From a virus, in IMG/VR virus record IMGVR_UViG_3300034418_003613, positions 13,088-77,087 of that record: a DNA stretch of 64,000 nucleotides; one strand, 5' to 3'. The position numbers and the translations under genes were made by a program. Shown here piece after piece: positions 20,397 through 29,671 of this stretch. The notes below the pieces were generated by a model. That model saw only the letters and a program-made list of their open reading frames with translations, made no database searches and was not told the DNA's origin. Each line of letters opens with the position of its first letter. The first letter of the stretch is position 1.

Positions 20397-23300
20397 TGAA
20401 AGGGAAATACGAAAAGTCAGAGCGTAGAGGTTTACCTGGTGGACCCAATGAGATGTTTACTTATACAACTGGAATATTCTCTACCCAGGGATATAAGAGA
20501 GACTCCCCTGATGTAGATAACCCTTTTAACATTATTCCTTCAGGTGACATTACCATGAAGGGTGTGGACTTCCCTGTTCTAGGTACAGACAATTTAGGGA
20601 ACTCTAAGATGATGACTCCCGGTAATGATTATAAGTTTCCTGGAGATATGGTATTTGAACTTCCCATGGCTAAAGATGGCTTAGCATTAGATCCTCCGTC
20701 AAAAGAAAAGGAGATGGTTAATCTTCATGACTTTCTAATAACTGAGGAAGATCTAGAGTTTCTTAATAGTGAGCGTTGTTTTGGAGGTAACTGTTTGGAG
20801 AACACAAGAAAGGCTTTTGATGCAACAGCGGGTAGTATCTCGGGTGTTCCCTATACAGCTAATGTTTGGGGAAAAGATGATCTGGATATAACAAGCATTA
20901 AAAACACACCAACTAAGCAGCAAGTACAAGACTTTCCATGGATGGATGGTGATAGAGGGGTGGGTGCTGCGGATAGTTGGGATATACAAGGAAACATAGT
21001 ACGTGCAGAAGGTAAGACTTTATATAACAGGAATAAGGAGGGCGCAAAGATTGAATCTGATGACAAAGAGATTGATGATCCTACAGGAAAGTTTCAACCC
21101 GGTCAATACCCTATAGGATCTATTTACAGTTTTGGTCCTAAGGGTCGCACCGATACACCTTATGGGCAAAGAGCAAAAGGATTTAATATTGATTATGGTT
21201 TACAACCATCTCATCATAGTGTTATGTCTGTTGGTGTAAATGAAAAAGGAGAAATTATTCTTTATGATGCATATCTAAAGAAATATGATACAGAAGAGAA
21301 TATTATAAAGCAAATAGCTAATTCACCGCTAGGCTACGAACTTGAAACAGTAGGAGTACCAAAGAGTTATGCTAGCCTTACTCCTCAGAACATTAAACTA
21401 TCTGACAACTTTTATAGACCTCGTTATTTTACAGAGTATCAGTTTGATGTTGATCGTTTAGATGAGATTAGACAAGATCCTAAGTTTAGGATTAAAGAAG
21501 ATGATAAGTTTAGAGCACCTCGTCTAGATAAAGAGGCTATGCAGGAGTTTAGCCAATCTCTTAAAGATAACAAAGAGACTATGATGGAAGCTCTACGCCT
21601 TACTAGTGATGAGTATGATGACTTAGCAAATTTGTCAATAGCATTGGCAATGGGTGAATCTGAAGGAGGGGGTGGTCTTAGTGTTGATTGGGCTGGTTCC
21701 ACACAAGGTCTTACTCAGTTGAACTTTGACAACATCAAAGATGATGAAGTATTAAGTCGTCAGCTTGCTATGTTCAATGAAAGTGTTAGAGGTCCTCAAA
21801 AGATTAAACAATTAGCAGATTTAAGAGACCCGGCAAAATCAGCTATTGCTACATTGATATATACAAATGCTGGCAGAAGACGATCTAGTAAGTTGTATGA
21901 AGAGGGTCTAGAACCTGGTGTTAGAAATTTTTATGACAACACTGGGCTTAAAGATTTAGTAAGATCCTCATCTTCAAGGATTAATAGATCCGGTGTTTAC
22001 TTAGATGAGTTAAATGATAGAGTCAGTTTTTCTGATATTCCTGGATGGAATGAAAAAAATGTAAAAAAGATTACAACTTCTTTAAATGCTTTAACGGGCA
22101 CTAATAGATATCAAGCAGATATTGATGATGATGGAGATGTCTATATAAAGATGAAGACATTAGGCAATGACCCTAACATGTCTGATGCAATGAAGATAGG
22201 TTATTGGTGGCAGAGCCCTTCATCATTAAAAACAGGGGATGCTCAGGGTGGTAATGTACATGCTAAGAGAATAGAAGGATATTACAAAGCCATCTCTGAA
22301 AAAACTCCAGAGGTTTCTACCGACAAGCTAATGGCAAGCAACACAGAGATTCCTGAGATGCAAAAGGCTGGAGAGTTAAAAGCACAAGATCTAGTCCCTC
22401 GTGATCCATTTAGTACTTTGAGTCCTGCTCAACGTGAAGCTTTTAACGCTAGCACTGTAGCAGCTCTGAAAGCTGAAGAGGAACGACAGTTGAAGGAATA
22501 CATGAGAAGAAGCCCTGGGGGTGATTTGTTTCCGGATCAAGGTCTAAAACCTATTACTTATAATGAAGAAGTAGCAGGTTGGTTCCCTGTAGCAGGTGAA
22601 TACATTGATGCAAAAAATACTGGAGAAGCTTTAATGCGAGGTGACTATGTAGATGCTGGTTTTAATGCTGCTGGTTTTCTCTTACCGTTTATTCCTGGTA
22701 GTTTTCTAAAAAAACTAGCCACTTCTCCTTATACTCCTAAATTTTCTAAGCCTTCTCTTTTAAAACAATATAGATCAAAGTTTCCTGCAGCAGATATACG
22801 CGGTGCGGGTACAGGTGATTATAGCAATCTTGGCATTGATGAGTTAGGATTACGTGGAGATGACTTTATATCATTGACAAATTATGAGCGCAGTGCTATT
22901 TCTCAAGTAAATCAGGCTCAGGCAGCTGATGATGTTTTTAACACTTTTGTTCAGCGGTATGCAGATTTTAACACGGATGATGCTTTAGCAAATCAGTTGG
23001 CAGATTTTTCAAGAAAGAATCCAAGGACCAAGTTTGAAATGAATCTTGGCAAAGACGCTACGCCTTCTAAAAGAATGCAAGAAATATTTGATGATCCTGA
23101 ATTAAACATACATAATGTTTTTAGTCTTGAGTCTCCAGGTCCTACGACCGTCAAAAATACATATACCGGATACTATGACAAACGTTTTTATGATGGGTCC
23201 GCTCATGATCCGAGTGGGGAGTGGGATAAAAACTTAAGATCTTATGGTCAGCAAGGGTTTTATGCAACAAATGTTCCTACAGGAAAACCGGTAAGACAGT

Positions 23301-24682
23301 CTTTAACTCACACTAACAGAAGAGGTGAACTTTTTGATTACAAAATAGAAACAGTACCTGTTGCAGATTATATGGTAAATAAGGGATTAATGAACCCAGA
23401 TAATATAGTTAATTTAGGTCGCCATAGAGGACTTGATCCGGCTAATCAACATAACCATTTATTATTTGATACTGATAAACCATCTGTTATTGTATCTGGC
23501 AATAGAGGTTTTGCTGGGTTAAGTGGTGGTAATACGTCTAGAATGCAAATGGGTAGGGTAGGCATTCCAAAACCTAATAGAAATGTCCCTTCTTATAATA
23601 CAGAAATACTTCCTTTGCTGAAGCAAGAGTTTAATTTATCTAGGCCATTTGAAGGAACCTTTATGAAATTACCAAGGTCTAGAACAACTTATTATAACAG
23701 TAAAGGTGAAGCATCTAAATATATTAATGATCGTCAATTAGATTCTGATATATTTTTTACAAGAAAAAATGGCGGCCCACTACCTAAAGCTCAAGAAGGG
23801 CAAGAAGTATATAAGGTCAAGTCAGGTGATACTTTTTTAGGCATTGCCAATAGATTGGAAATACCCAGAGAAGACTTTATAGAGGCTAACCCTGATATAA
23901 ACATTGACAAGCTTTCGTTGGGTCAGAAGCTTAATATTCCTGTGAAGAAACCTTATGTACCAACTAATGATGTTATACCATCTGAGATGTTATGGAGGCA
24001 AGCTTTTGCAGAATCTAACTGGGAGACTGATGTAGAAAATAAAGGAGGCTATAAAGGTTTGGGTCAGATTGGTGATGATGTTATTACAGATTACAAGAAG
24101 GCATTTAAAGTCAAAGAAGTAGATCCATTTGATCCAGTTCAGAATTCTACTATTCACAAGTGGTATATGAATAAACTATACAACAGTGAATGGATAAATA
24201 AACCTAATCAGGATCCTAATGTGCGTTTAGCAAAAGCTCTTGCTGCTTACAACTGGGGACCGAAGACAGCTAGAAAGTGGTTTACTGATCAAAGGAAAGC
24301 CGGTGTTGATATCTATAATAGTTTTGATTGGCTAGAGGATTTACCTAGCGAGCCAAAGGGATACATAGATATGATCATCTTTAATAAGAATACTCCCACT
24401 AGGAAGTATGTTGAGGACTTGGCAAAGGCTATGACAGATACAACACTTACTAATCAGATTACTAATCTATATAAGAGAGCGGGAGGTGAGATGAATAAAC
24501 TAGAGATGTATAAGGGTTACATCAATGGTGAGTTTGATGGTACAGATCTAGAACCAAAAGCTCAAAAAGTTTATGATAGAATGAATAGAGTTTACTATGC
24601 GCCAGCCAAGAAAGCAGGTATGTCTCCTCCTAATTTTATCATGACAAACATCATCCCACGGCAGCTTCAGACTGTTCTCTAG
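20393..24682 (+). CDS. Modular virion cargo protein: papain/CHAP-like module, lytic transglycosylase-like module, pre-toxin-TG-like + unknown module, LysM + SLT transglycosylase
   Basis: LysM (YKVKSGDTFLGIA..NPDINIDKLSLGQKLNIP) and SLT (AESN..GLGQI..DPVQN..LAAYNWGP) are clear. A second ES..GLTQ..DP module and a C...H...D module are recognisable but weaker. Confidence 0.75.
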   Translation: MMKGKYEKSERRGLPGGPNEMFTYTTGIFSTQGYKRDSPDVDNPFNIIPSGDITMKGVDFPVLGTDNLGNSKMMTPGNDYKFPGDMVFELPMAKDGLALDPPSKEKEMVNLHDFLITEEDLEFLNSERCFGGNCLENTRKAFDATAGSISGVPYTANVWGKDDLDITSIKNTPTKQQVQDFPWMDGDRGVGAADSWDIQGNIVRAEGKTLYNRNKEGAKIESDDKEIDDPTGKFQPGQYPIGSIYSFGPKGRTDTPYGQRAKGFNIDYGLQPSHHSVMSVGVNEKGEIILYDAYLKKYDTEENIIKQIANSPLGYELETVGVPKSYASLTPQNIKLSDNFYRPRYFTEYQFDVDRLDEIRQDPKFRIKEDDKFRAPRLDKEAMQEFSQSLKDNKETMMEALRLTSDEYDDLANLSIALAMGESEGGGGLSVDWAGSTQGLTQLNFDNIKDDEVLSRQLAMFNESVRGPQKIKQLADLRDPAKSAIATLIYTNAGRRRSSKLYEEGLEPGVRNFYDNTGLKDLVRSSSSRINRSGVYLDELNDRVSFSDIPGWNEKNVKKITTSLNALTGTNRYQADIDDDGDVYIKMKTLGNDPNMSDAMKIGYWWQSPSSLKTGDAQGGNVHAKRIEGYYKAISEKTPEVSTDKLMASNTEIPEMQKAGELKAQDLVPRDPFSTLSPAQREAFNASTVAALKAEEERQLKEYMRRSPGGDLFPDQGLKPITYNEEVAGWFPVAGEYIDAKNTGEALMRGDYVDAGFNAAGFLLPFIPGSFLKKLATSPYTPKFSKPSLLKQYRSKFPAADIRGAGTGDYSNLGIDELGLRGDDFISLTNYERSAISQVNQAQAADDVFNTFVQRYADFNTDDALANQLADFSRKNPRTKFEMNLGKDATPSKRMQEIFDDPELNIHNVFSLESPGPTTVKNTYTGYYDKRFYDGSAHDPSGEWDKNLRSYGQQGFYATNVPTGKPVRQSLTHTNRRGELFDYKIETVPVADYMVNKGLMNPDNIVNLGRHRGLDPANQHNHLLFDTDKPSVIVSGNRGFAGLSGGNTSRMQMGRVGIPKPNRNVPSYNTEILPLLKQEFNLSRPFEGTFMKLPRSRTTYYNSKGEASKYINDRQLDSDIFFTRKNGGPLPKAQEGQEVYKVKSGDTFLGIANRLEIPREDFIEANPDINIDKLSLGQKLNIPVKKPYVPTNDVIPSEMLWRQAFAESNWETDVENKGGYKGLGQIGDDVITDYKKAFKVKEVDPFDPVQNSTIHKWYMNKLYNSEWINKPNQDPNVRLAKALAAYNWGPKTARKWFTDQRKAGVDIYNSFDWLEDLPSEPKGYIDMIIFNKNTPTRKYVEDLAKAMTDTTLTNQITNLYKRAGGEMNKLEMYKGYINGEFDGTDLEPKAQKVYDRMNRVYYAPAKKAGMSPPNFIMTNIIPRQLQTVL

Positions 24683-24703
24683 ATTAGATTTTTCCCTTAA
24701 TTA

Positions 24704-24716
24704 TTTGTATATTATA
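24704..24716 (+). promoter_or_regulatory. Promoter-like box TTTGTATATTATA
   Basis: Located 8 nt upstream of the 24725 ATG. Confidence 0.65.
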
Positions 24717-24724
24717 AGTGTATT

Positions 24725-27322
24725 ATGAAGAGAGCTCGTTTAAATAAAAAAGGTTTAGCTAAGTTCCAGAATGCGGGGGAGTTTAAGAAAGAGCTTAGAC
24801 CAATCGGATCAAGAGAACCAAAGAAACCAATAACCCTTCAGGGTATGTCTGGTATGTCTTTGAAGGAACTAGACAAATTAAAAGAGGCTCATGGACTTCA
24901 TAAGTCCAATCTTGCAAAAACAGAGGATTACAAAAAGTATGAAGATGATTGGAAGAACCTTCTAGAAAGACAGCAAGTTTTTGTTACTCGAATTGGGGAT
25001 AAATATAGAAGACCTTCTTTTAATCTTAATTATGATACGCTTGGTTTACATTATGATCACGAGTTATTTAATGAAATATCCCCTGAAGATAGCGCGGAGT
25101 TACAATCTCTTCTTGACGAGGAAATGGACTTTTCTAGTCCAGAGAATTTAGAGATGTGGGAAGAGATGGATTGGAGAGATTGGCATAGTGATGAAATAAG
25201 ACATGCTTATAGTTCTGCTGCTACAGCAGATAAAGTTAGTGACGCGCTAAGTAAGATACCGGGTTATGGAGGAGTTCTGGAATATACTGGTATGAATGAT
25301 GTTTTAGGTTTTTTAGCTTCAAACCTTTTAGGTGCTGGTCATGAAGCTGCTTTTTTTAAGGACCAGATGTCTGAGGAAGAAGATAAGTATGACTATGTTA
25401 GGTCGGGTATGAACTCTGCTGAAGACATGTGGAATAATTTATTGGGTGCTTACATAGGAGCTACATCAGATAGTGAAGAAGAGATGGAACAAAAGATTAG
25501 ATCTTATATAAATAAAGGTATAACAGCTACAGGGGGAATAGAACCAGCACAAGATCCTAATACTCTTGGTATCAAGAAAGCTTTAAAAAACTGGGTAACC
25601 AACAATTCTTCAGATCTAGAGCCAGCGTTTGAAGAATATCAAAAAGGAGGTAACTGGCCTGATAATAAATTTATGACCTTGGTTGATCCTAAAGGTAGAA
25701 AATCAAAAAGTCCAAGAGATCCTTCACTTCGCATTGGAGCACAAACACTTGCACCAGTAATGCGGAAGACTGATGATGATATCAGAACTGCCTATGGGTT
25801 TACAGTTAATCCAGCTTTGTACTCTTATGTTTTTGACAGAGACCGCAATTCTGAATTAAGGGGTACTCTTAGAAATGAAATATTCTGGTATCAAAGCCCT
25901 ATAGAAAAAGATGCATATAATCAAGATATACTTCAGGGTGGTTTAGGAGCCATGGCTGATATCGACTACACAACCTTACTTCAAAAGCGTAACATGAGAA
26001 ACATGGCCATTGATCTTGGTCTTGATGCTGGGTTAGGTGTAGGAACTATGGAAGTAGGCCCCATGTATGAGTATGATAAGGATAATGCTGGCCAGGCTTT
26101 ACCTTATGGATATCTTACAGGGAAGGCGGGTTTAAGAGATCGTAGAAGCGGACTTCAAGGTAATATATTTGCCGGGTATGGAACTCCCAGATCTCCAGAG
26201 GCAGGATTTAGAATAGGAGCGGAAGGGAGTATTCCTCTTATTACAAACAAGAGAGGATTGAAGATTACTGGTCATCCTTCTGCTAGTTATGACTTTATAT
26301 CTGGTACTCCGAGGTTTGGGTTTAGTATTGGGTTCAATTCTCCTTCTAGAAGGCAGCAAGGTGGTTCAACGTCTACAGCTCAAGGTAGTAGTTTGGCGGA
26401 GGATGTTATAGGTCAGATTCGGCTGGGAGTCTCTGCTGTAAAAGTTTATAAAGATCTTTTAAGGCAGATGATACCTGTTGATGAGATTGATAATGCTTTT
26501 ACTCAAGCCGGATATGATCAGAATACTATTACTCAGCTTCAGCGTCAGGCTAGTAAAAGTATTACAGATGACATGGTAGATACGTCTATAGCGGAAAGAG
26601 GAATCAGACAAGCTAAATCTGGTAAAGAGCTTTTAAATAAACGTAAGAGACTTCCTAAATATCAAGACCTTGGAGAGTTTCCCGATCCTACTGGAAAGTT
26701 TGAAGCAGAATATGATCAGATGAATGTGGAAGGAGAGGAGATGGATAATATGAATTATGAACCTCCAGTTACACCATCTACAGCATCTACAGCTAGCGGA
26801 AGTGTGGATGTTAATATTCCTGCGTCTAGTGTAGCTTCAGTAGAAACGGCAGATGCTACACCTGAGAATGAAGCAAGGATGCTTAAGGAGATGGAGGAGT
26901 TTAGAAATATTGGTGCTGAATCAGGTGGTCTTAGAGGTTTTGTGGGTAAGGTTGGGGACTTTGTAAAGTCTGAAGGCTTTCAAAACTTTTTAGATGGCTA
27001 TGGCACTGTTGGTAACGTAGGTGTTGGCTTAGCAAGTATGACAAATAAGTTTCTTAGAGATAGAGATGCTAGAGATGTAAAAAATCAGAGAAGGCAAATG
27101 ACACCAGCTGATATGATGTATTCTATGTATGAAGAAAGAGACGGCGACAGAGGTGATGTTGATGTACGTTCAGGTATATATCAGCCGGATAATTTAGTTG
27201 CTGCAATGGGTATGGAGATGCCTTCTATGATGCCGCCTGTTATTCAGGAACAGATTGTAGATTTAGATACTGAAACTATTACAAGATTGATATCTGCTGG
27301 TGCGGATATAGAAATGTTATAA
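24725..27322 (+). CDS. Modular virion cargo protein (RH..HE..DxxNN helical module + beta-barrel-like module)
   Basis: 865 aa, no Cys. DEIRHAY..GHE..EDMWNN motif followed by ~230 aa of alternating Gly/aromatic beta strands. Confidence 0.6.
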   Translation: MKRARLNKKGLAKFQNAGEFKKELRPIGSREPKKPITLQGMSGMSLKELDKLKEAHGLHKSNLAKTEDYKKYEDDWKNLLERQQVFVTRIGDKYRRPSFNLNYDTLGLHYDHELFNEISPEDSAELQSLLDEEMDFSSPENLEMWEEMDWRDWHSDEIRHAYSSAATADKVSDALSKIPGYGGVLEYTGMNDVLGFLASNLLGAGHEAAFFKDQMSEEEDKYDYVRSGMNSAEDMWNNLLGAYIGATSDSEEEMEQKIRSYINKGITATGGIEPAQDPNTLGIKKALKNWVTNNSSDLEPAFEEYQKGGNWPDNKFMTLVDPKGRKSKSPRDPSLRIGAQTLAPVMRKTDDDIRTAYGFTVNPALYSYVFDRDRNSELRGTLRNEIFWYQSPIEKDAYNQDILQGGLGAMADIDYTTLLQKRNMRNMAIDLGLDAGLGVGTMEVGPMYEYDKDNAGQALPYGYLTGKAGLRDRRSGLQGNIFAGYGTPRSPEAGFRIGAEGSIPLITNKRGLKITGHPSASYDFISGTPRFGFSIGFNSPSRRQQGGSTSTAQGSSLAEDVIGQIRLGVSAVKVYKDLLRQMIPVDEIDNAFTQAGYDQNTITQLQRQASKSITDDMVDTSIAERGIRQAKSGKELLNKRKRLPKYQDLGEFPDPTGKFEAEYDQMNVEGEEMDNMNYEPPVTPSTASTASGSVDVNIPASSVASVETADATPENEARMLKEMEEFRNIGAESGGLRGFVGKVGDFVKSEGFQNFLDGYGTVGNVGVGLASMTNKFLRDRDARDVKNQRRQMTPADMMYSMYEERDGDRGDVDVRSGIYQPDNLVAAMGMEMPSMMPPVIQEQIVDLDTETITRLISAGADIEML

Positions 27323-27324
27323 AC

Positions 27325-29658
27325 ATGGCAAAAGTTAAAATAAATAAACTACCTCCTGGGTTTGCTCTTGAAGATGGAAAGATTGTAGAGCGAATGGAAG
27401 AGGGCGGTTCTACAGGAGATCAGTCTGGTTACAGCATGGTCAAGTATCCGACTAGCGTAACATCTGAGCAGATGAGTGATAAAGAAAGCTCTGATGTAAG
27501 ATACAGTCTGTCTTCTGTACCCAGAGAAATGGCTAATCTAGAAGCCGAGGGTGGAGAGACTGTATTAACAGACTTGAATAATGATGGCAACTTTGGTCTA
27601 TATGATATTAAGGGGCCAAGACATAGCCAAGGTGGTGTGCCTATGTTTTTACCAGAACAATCCTTTGTTTACTCTGATACAAAGGAGATGAAGATGAAGG
27701 GTAGTGAACTTGCTGAGTTTGGTATTGAGAGTAAGAAATCTATTACACCTGCTGATATATCTCGCAGATATCAGTTGAATAAATTTTATGGTGCTATTGA
27801 TGATGAGTTTGCTGATGAGATGCAAGTGAAATCAGCAGAGCTTATGCTGGATAAAAACAAGATGGGATTGTCTAAGCTAGCTTTTAATCAGGAAATGAAG
27901 AAGCAGTTTGAAGATGGCGTTCCGTTGGCATCACATCCCTACCTATTATCAATAGGGGAAGACCCTATTGCGTTCACAGCTAGAGTAGAAGATATGAATG
28001 AACAGCAAGCCATGATGAAGGTGTTTGATGCTTTACCTCCTGAGCAGCAGCAACAAGTTTTAGCTCTTCAAGAGTTTATGGCACAGGCACAACAAATGCC
28101 ACAACAAGGGCAACCACAAATGCAGGTTGATCAGCCAGCAATGCCTGTTGCAAGAGATGGTATGGAGATACTTCCAGAGTTTCAGAGGGGCAAAGAGTTT
28201 AGTGTTTATGATCCTGGTTTTGCAGAGAATCTTAAAGCATTAGGTTATGATATAGACCTTTCTAGTGTTCCTGCTACTGATTATAGTAGAGTTCAAGGAG
28301 CTGTTTCAAATGCTCAAGGAAGTCTTTTTGGAGGTGCGAAAGAAAATCTTCCCGGTTTCTATCAAGAATGGGAAGGTCTATATCCAGGACTAGACAAGTT
28401 GAAAGAAGCTGTGGCTAAAGCAGGCGAAGGAGAAACTGTTCCAGAAGTAGGTGACTTCCAAAACTGGGTTAATGATGTATACATTGCTGAACAAGCTAAA
28501 GCCGCAGCACCTAATGATCCTGCTAAGCAGAAGCAGTTAGAAAATCTCTTGCGTAGAGACTATGGTTTTAGCGGTACTACTGGTAAGAAGGTTGACTCAA
28601 AGATGGGTACAAATACTTCAGCCATGAGACCTTTGTCTATTACAGCAACCCCTCAAGGTACAGGTCAAACAGAGCAAACAGGGAAAAAGACTGAGACAAA
28701 AAAATTAGAATCTGGTGATGTCTCTGATCCTAAACCACTACCTAAACCATCTTTTTGGTTGCAGGATCTTGCAAAGATGTCTGCAATGGCCAGAAGAAAA
28801 AGAAATCTTTATTTACCATATCAACCAGAAGCCGAAGATCTGGATATTGATTATGTATTAGAAGATCCTACTAGGGCTGTTGCTGCTATTGCTGAGCAAG
28901 CTAACATTATCAACACTGCTAACAACATGTATGCAGGTGCTCAGGCTGGAAGTGCAAAAGCTGCTTCCACAGCGGGTAAGTCCATGAAGGCTGCTGCTGA
29001 TGCTGTTGCTGCAGTTCAAGCTAGGAATGTAAATACAATCAATAGAGGTGAGTATCAGAATGCGATGCTTGATGCTACTATCAATCGCGAGAACAGAGAC
29101 AGGAATGTCAAGGAGTTTGATGATACAACCATTGCATTACAACGTTATGATGACGAGCGTAACTTTGATAGGGAGCAGTTAGCAGATGCTTATTCAAATG
29201 CTATGACTAACATGGCTAATACTTATAACATGAATCTAATGCAGGATTATTTTCAGATTGATCCTAGCACAGGTGGTATGATTGGTCAGGTTAGTGGTAG
29301 AGCTTTTGAAGCTACAAAACCTCAAGATAGAGTGGAGGATTATTTGAATTTGGCGGCAAGATTAAAAAAAGAAGGGGTTACGCCTACTGCAGATCTTATT
29401 GCGCAGTTATTACCTCAGGAGTCTGGTATGCCTATGACTAACATTCAGGCTGAGTATGCCAGACAACAACCAAATCTGCAGTATAACCAATACGGAGCTC
29501 AAGGATTTCCTGGGACTATGTATCCTGGAATGTACGGTGAAAATCCTTATGGGTATTATAACCAAACAATGCCCTATCCAAGAATGGAAGAAGGTGGGGA
29601 GAAGAAAAAATTAAAGAAATTTGCAACTCCCTTCTATACTGGAAAGACTGGAGTTTAA
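27325..29658 (+). CDS. Virion cargo/ejection protein
   Basis: 777 aa, no Cys. 'NLEAEGGET..GPRHSQGGVP..VYSD' segment as I recall in crAss-like cargo proteins. Gln-rich linker. Confidence 0.6.
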   Translation: MAKVKINKLPPGFALEDGKIVERMEEGGSTGDQSGYSMVKYPTSVTSEQMSDKESSDVRYSLSSVPREMANLEAEGGETVLTDLNNDGNFGLYDIKGPRHSQGGVPMFLPEQSFVYSDTKEMKMKGSELAEFGIESKKSITPADISRRYQLNKFYGAIDDEFADEMQVKSAELMLDKNKMGLSKLAFNQEMKKQFEDGVPLASHPYLLSIGEDPIAFTARVEDMNEQQAMMKVFDALPPEQQQQVLALQEFMAQAQQMPQQGQPQMQVDQPAMPVARDGMEILPEFQRGKEFSVYDPGFAENLKALGYDIDLSSVPATDYSRVQGAVSNAQGSLFGGAKENLPGFYQEWEGLYPGLDKLKEAVAKAGEGETVPEVGDFQNWVNDVYIAEQAKAAAPNDPAKQKQLENLLRRDYGFSGTTGKKVDSKMGTNTSAMRPLSITATPQGTGQTEQTGKKTETKKLESGDVSDPKPLPKPSFWLQDLAKMSAMARRKRNLYLPYQPEAEDLDIDYVLEDPTRAVAAIAEQANIINTANNMYAGAQAGSAKAASTAGKSMKAAADAVAAVQARNVNTINRGEYQNAMLDATINRENRDRNVKEFDDTTIALQRYDDERNFDREQLADAYSNAMTNMANTYNMNLMQDYFQIDPSTGGMIGQVSGRAFEATKPQDRVEDYLNLAARLKKEGVTPTADLIAQLLPQESGMPMTNIQAEYARQQPNLQYNQYGAQGFPGTMYPGMYGENPYGYYNQTMPYPRMEEGGEKKKLKKFATPFYTGKTGV

Positions 29659-29671
29659 AATTTAAAATATT

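Noticed and set aside
29626-29646. PFYTGK at the end of the 777-aa protein resembling IFYTGK inside the 1883-aa protein
   Set aside because: A five-residue match with no flanking similarity, likely chance.
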